Assembly (NCBI GenBank): GCA_002256025.1
Contig: NKIB01009122.1
Location: forward strand, 1 to 64,000
DNA from: Asterionella formosa
Lineage: Eukaryota
Reading direction: 5' to 3'
Length of the DNA stretch: 64,000 nt
Part shown: positions 62,732-64,000 of the stretch, one piece after another
Layout: every line of letters starts with the position of its first letter
Position numbering within the stretch: the stretch's first letter is position 1
The notes under the pieces: generated by a model
What the model saw: the letters and a program-made list of their open reading frames with translations, nothing else
Told to the model about the DNA's origin: nothing
Databases searched by the model: none
Position numbers and translations under genes: made by a program

Positions 62732-63648
62732 TATCACAAACATACACACAATGTTTATTAATTTAAGTCTTTTTTGCTACAAATGCTCGAAGGCGCAGTG
62801 TAATCGCATACAGTCACGTTCCATGAATTGAACCAGTCTACGAGTACATTGTTCTACATTGGTAGCCCGACTTTTGTATACATGACATCAGGAAAGGTTC
62901 CCCTTTGTTACTGGTAATACCTAGTCTACTTCTTGCCAAGCATTTTGTCTTGACAGCAAAATCAAGTAGTGTCAAAAAACCAAAGAAGCGAACTTCCTTC
63001 TGCTTTGTTGTCTTTCTGCAGCAATCGTCAGTGGTGAGACAACCAAGATTTGGGAGGGTTTGTCACTATATTGAGGGTGAGTCACATGTCTACTGGTAGA
63101 CATGAGGTACTCAACATAATCCAAATGACCAGTAGTCTACTAAGAAGAAATCGCCATCAAGATCTGAAGCAAGCTCAACTGTCTATTCTCGAAAAGGGGA
63201 TAGGAGGGCCAAGTCTGTCATGCCAATAGGCAGTTGAAAGATGGCTGGTTGTAGCTATGCTTCAGCCACAGTGGTGGGAACTGACTTTTGCATCCCCAGC
63301 CCAACAAGCATGGTGACTTTGGGTGCTGCAAGGCAGGGAAAGGGTGGATACATTCTCTCAAATGAGAGTAGTGGGACTTATGTGTGCTGTGTACTATGCC
63401 ATATTCTGGAAGTGGTGAGTTCTTCTGTCCCCAAATCTTGATGACTGAGGAGAAGGCAGATGACTTGGTTTGATCTTGTAATGAGACAATTATTTGCCTT
63501 TCACATGTTTGCCTCGCCTTTTGTGGTATTTATGGCAGACTCTGATATTATTGTGCAGCTTTAGGATCTGTTTGGATCAAAACAAAATTTGGTGACATGA
63601 TCATCATGACTCTTAATGAATGAATAATGCATCTTATGTAATTCCTGC

Positions 63649-63887
63649 CATTTTTGTCAAGCTCCTTGAGTTTTTCGTATTTTCTGTTGATTTTTTCATG
63701 TGTTCATAGCTTGTTGCATGCACTGTAGTTATTGTGTAGCTCGAAACGCCGGTGCAAACCCGCTTCTGATGCCAGGACATCGACAATGCGCTCTTCAATT
63801 GAATGATGGCTGCATGTTGTTTCATTCCAGTCATTTTCGTCAAGCTCCTTGAGTTTCTTGTTGTTTCTGTTGGTGATTCTTTCATGT
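63649..63887. repeat. Direct repeat of ~55 bp (63649-63701 and 63832-63887)
   Basis: catttt.gtcaagctccttgagttt...tttctgttg...tttcatgt occurs twice. Confidence 0.7.
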
Positions 63888-64000
63888 ATTTGTAGATGAT
63901 TGCATACAGTGCCGTGATTTGGTAGCAAGAGTGGTCTGATTTGATTGTGTGGCTGTAAATATGCATTGCCATCCATGGCAAGAGGGGCTGCTCACCAGTG

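Noticed and set aside
1..64000. tRNA/rRNA genes, prokaryotic operons or defence systems
   Set aside because: None recognised by eye; tRNAscan-SE or Infernal would be needed to exclude small RNAs

Overview
Eukaryotic nuclear DNA, most likely from a pennate diatom (inference from short 72-107 nt GT-AG introns, signal-peptide + F plastid-type presequences, diatom-type gene families and diatom-type Copia/Gypsy remnants). About 13 intact protein genes form islands in decayed transposon DNA. They are: an organelle-targeted bacterial-type GlnRS fused to a tRNA-binding OB-fold, two related protein kinases, Mpv17/PMP22, a LYR protein, UDP-glucuronate decarboxylase, a myosin, a head-to-head paralog pair with an uncharacterised helical domain, a secreted 8-Cys peptide, a 3-exon microexon gene missing from the ORF track, and two hypotheticals. 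Mobile DNA includes a near-complete Kolobok-type element (TTAA flanks, 21-bp TIR, transposase plus a KolX/P2X7-ballast-like ORF), an internally deleted hAT element, and PIF/Harbinger, pogo-like, Copia and Gypsy remnants and MITEs. The most striking unexplained signals are near-palindromic (G)TACCWGGTAC arrays upstream of most genes and a ~165-bp inverted repeat bracketing 15.6 kb. All family calls come from motif recognition by eye; no database searches were run.
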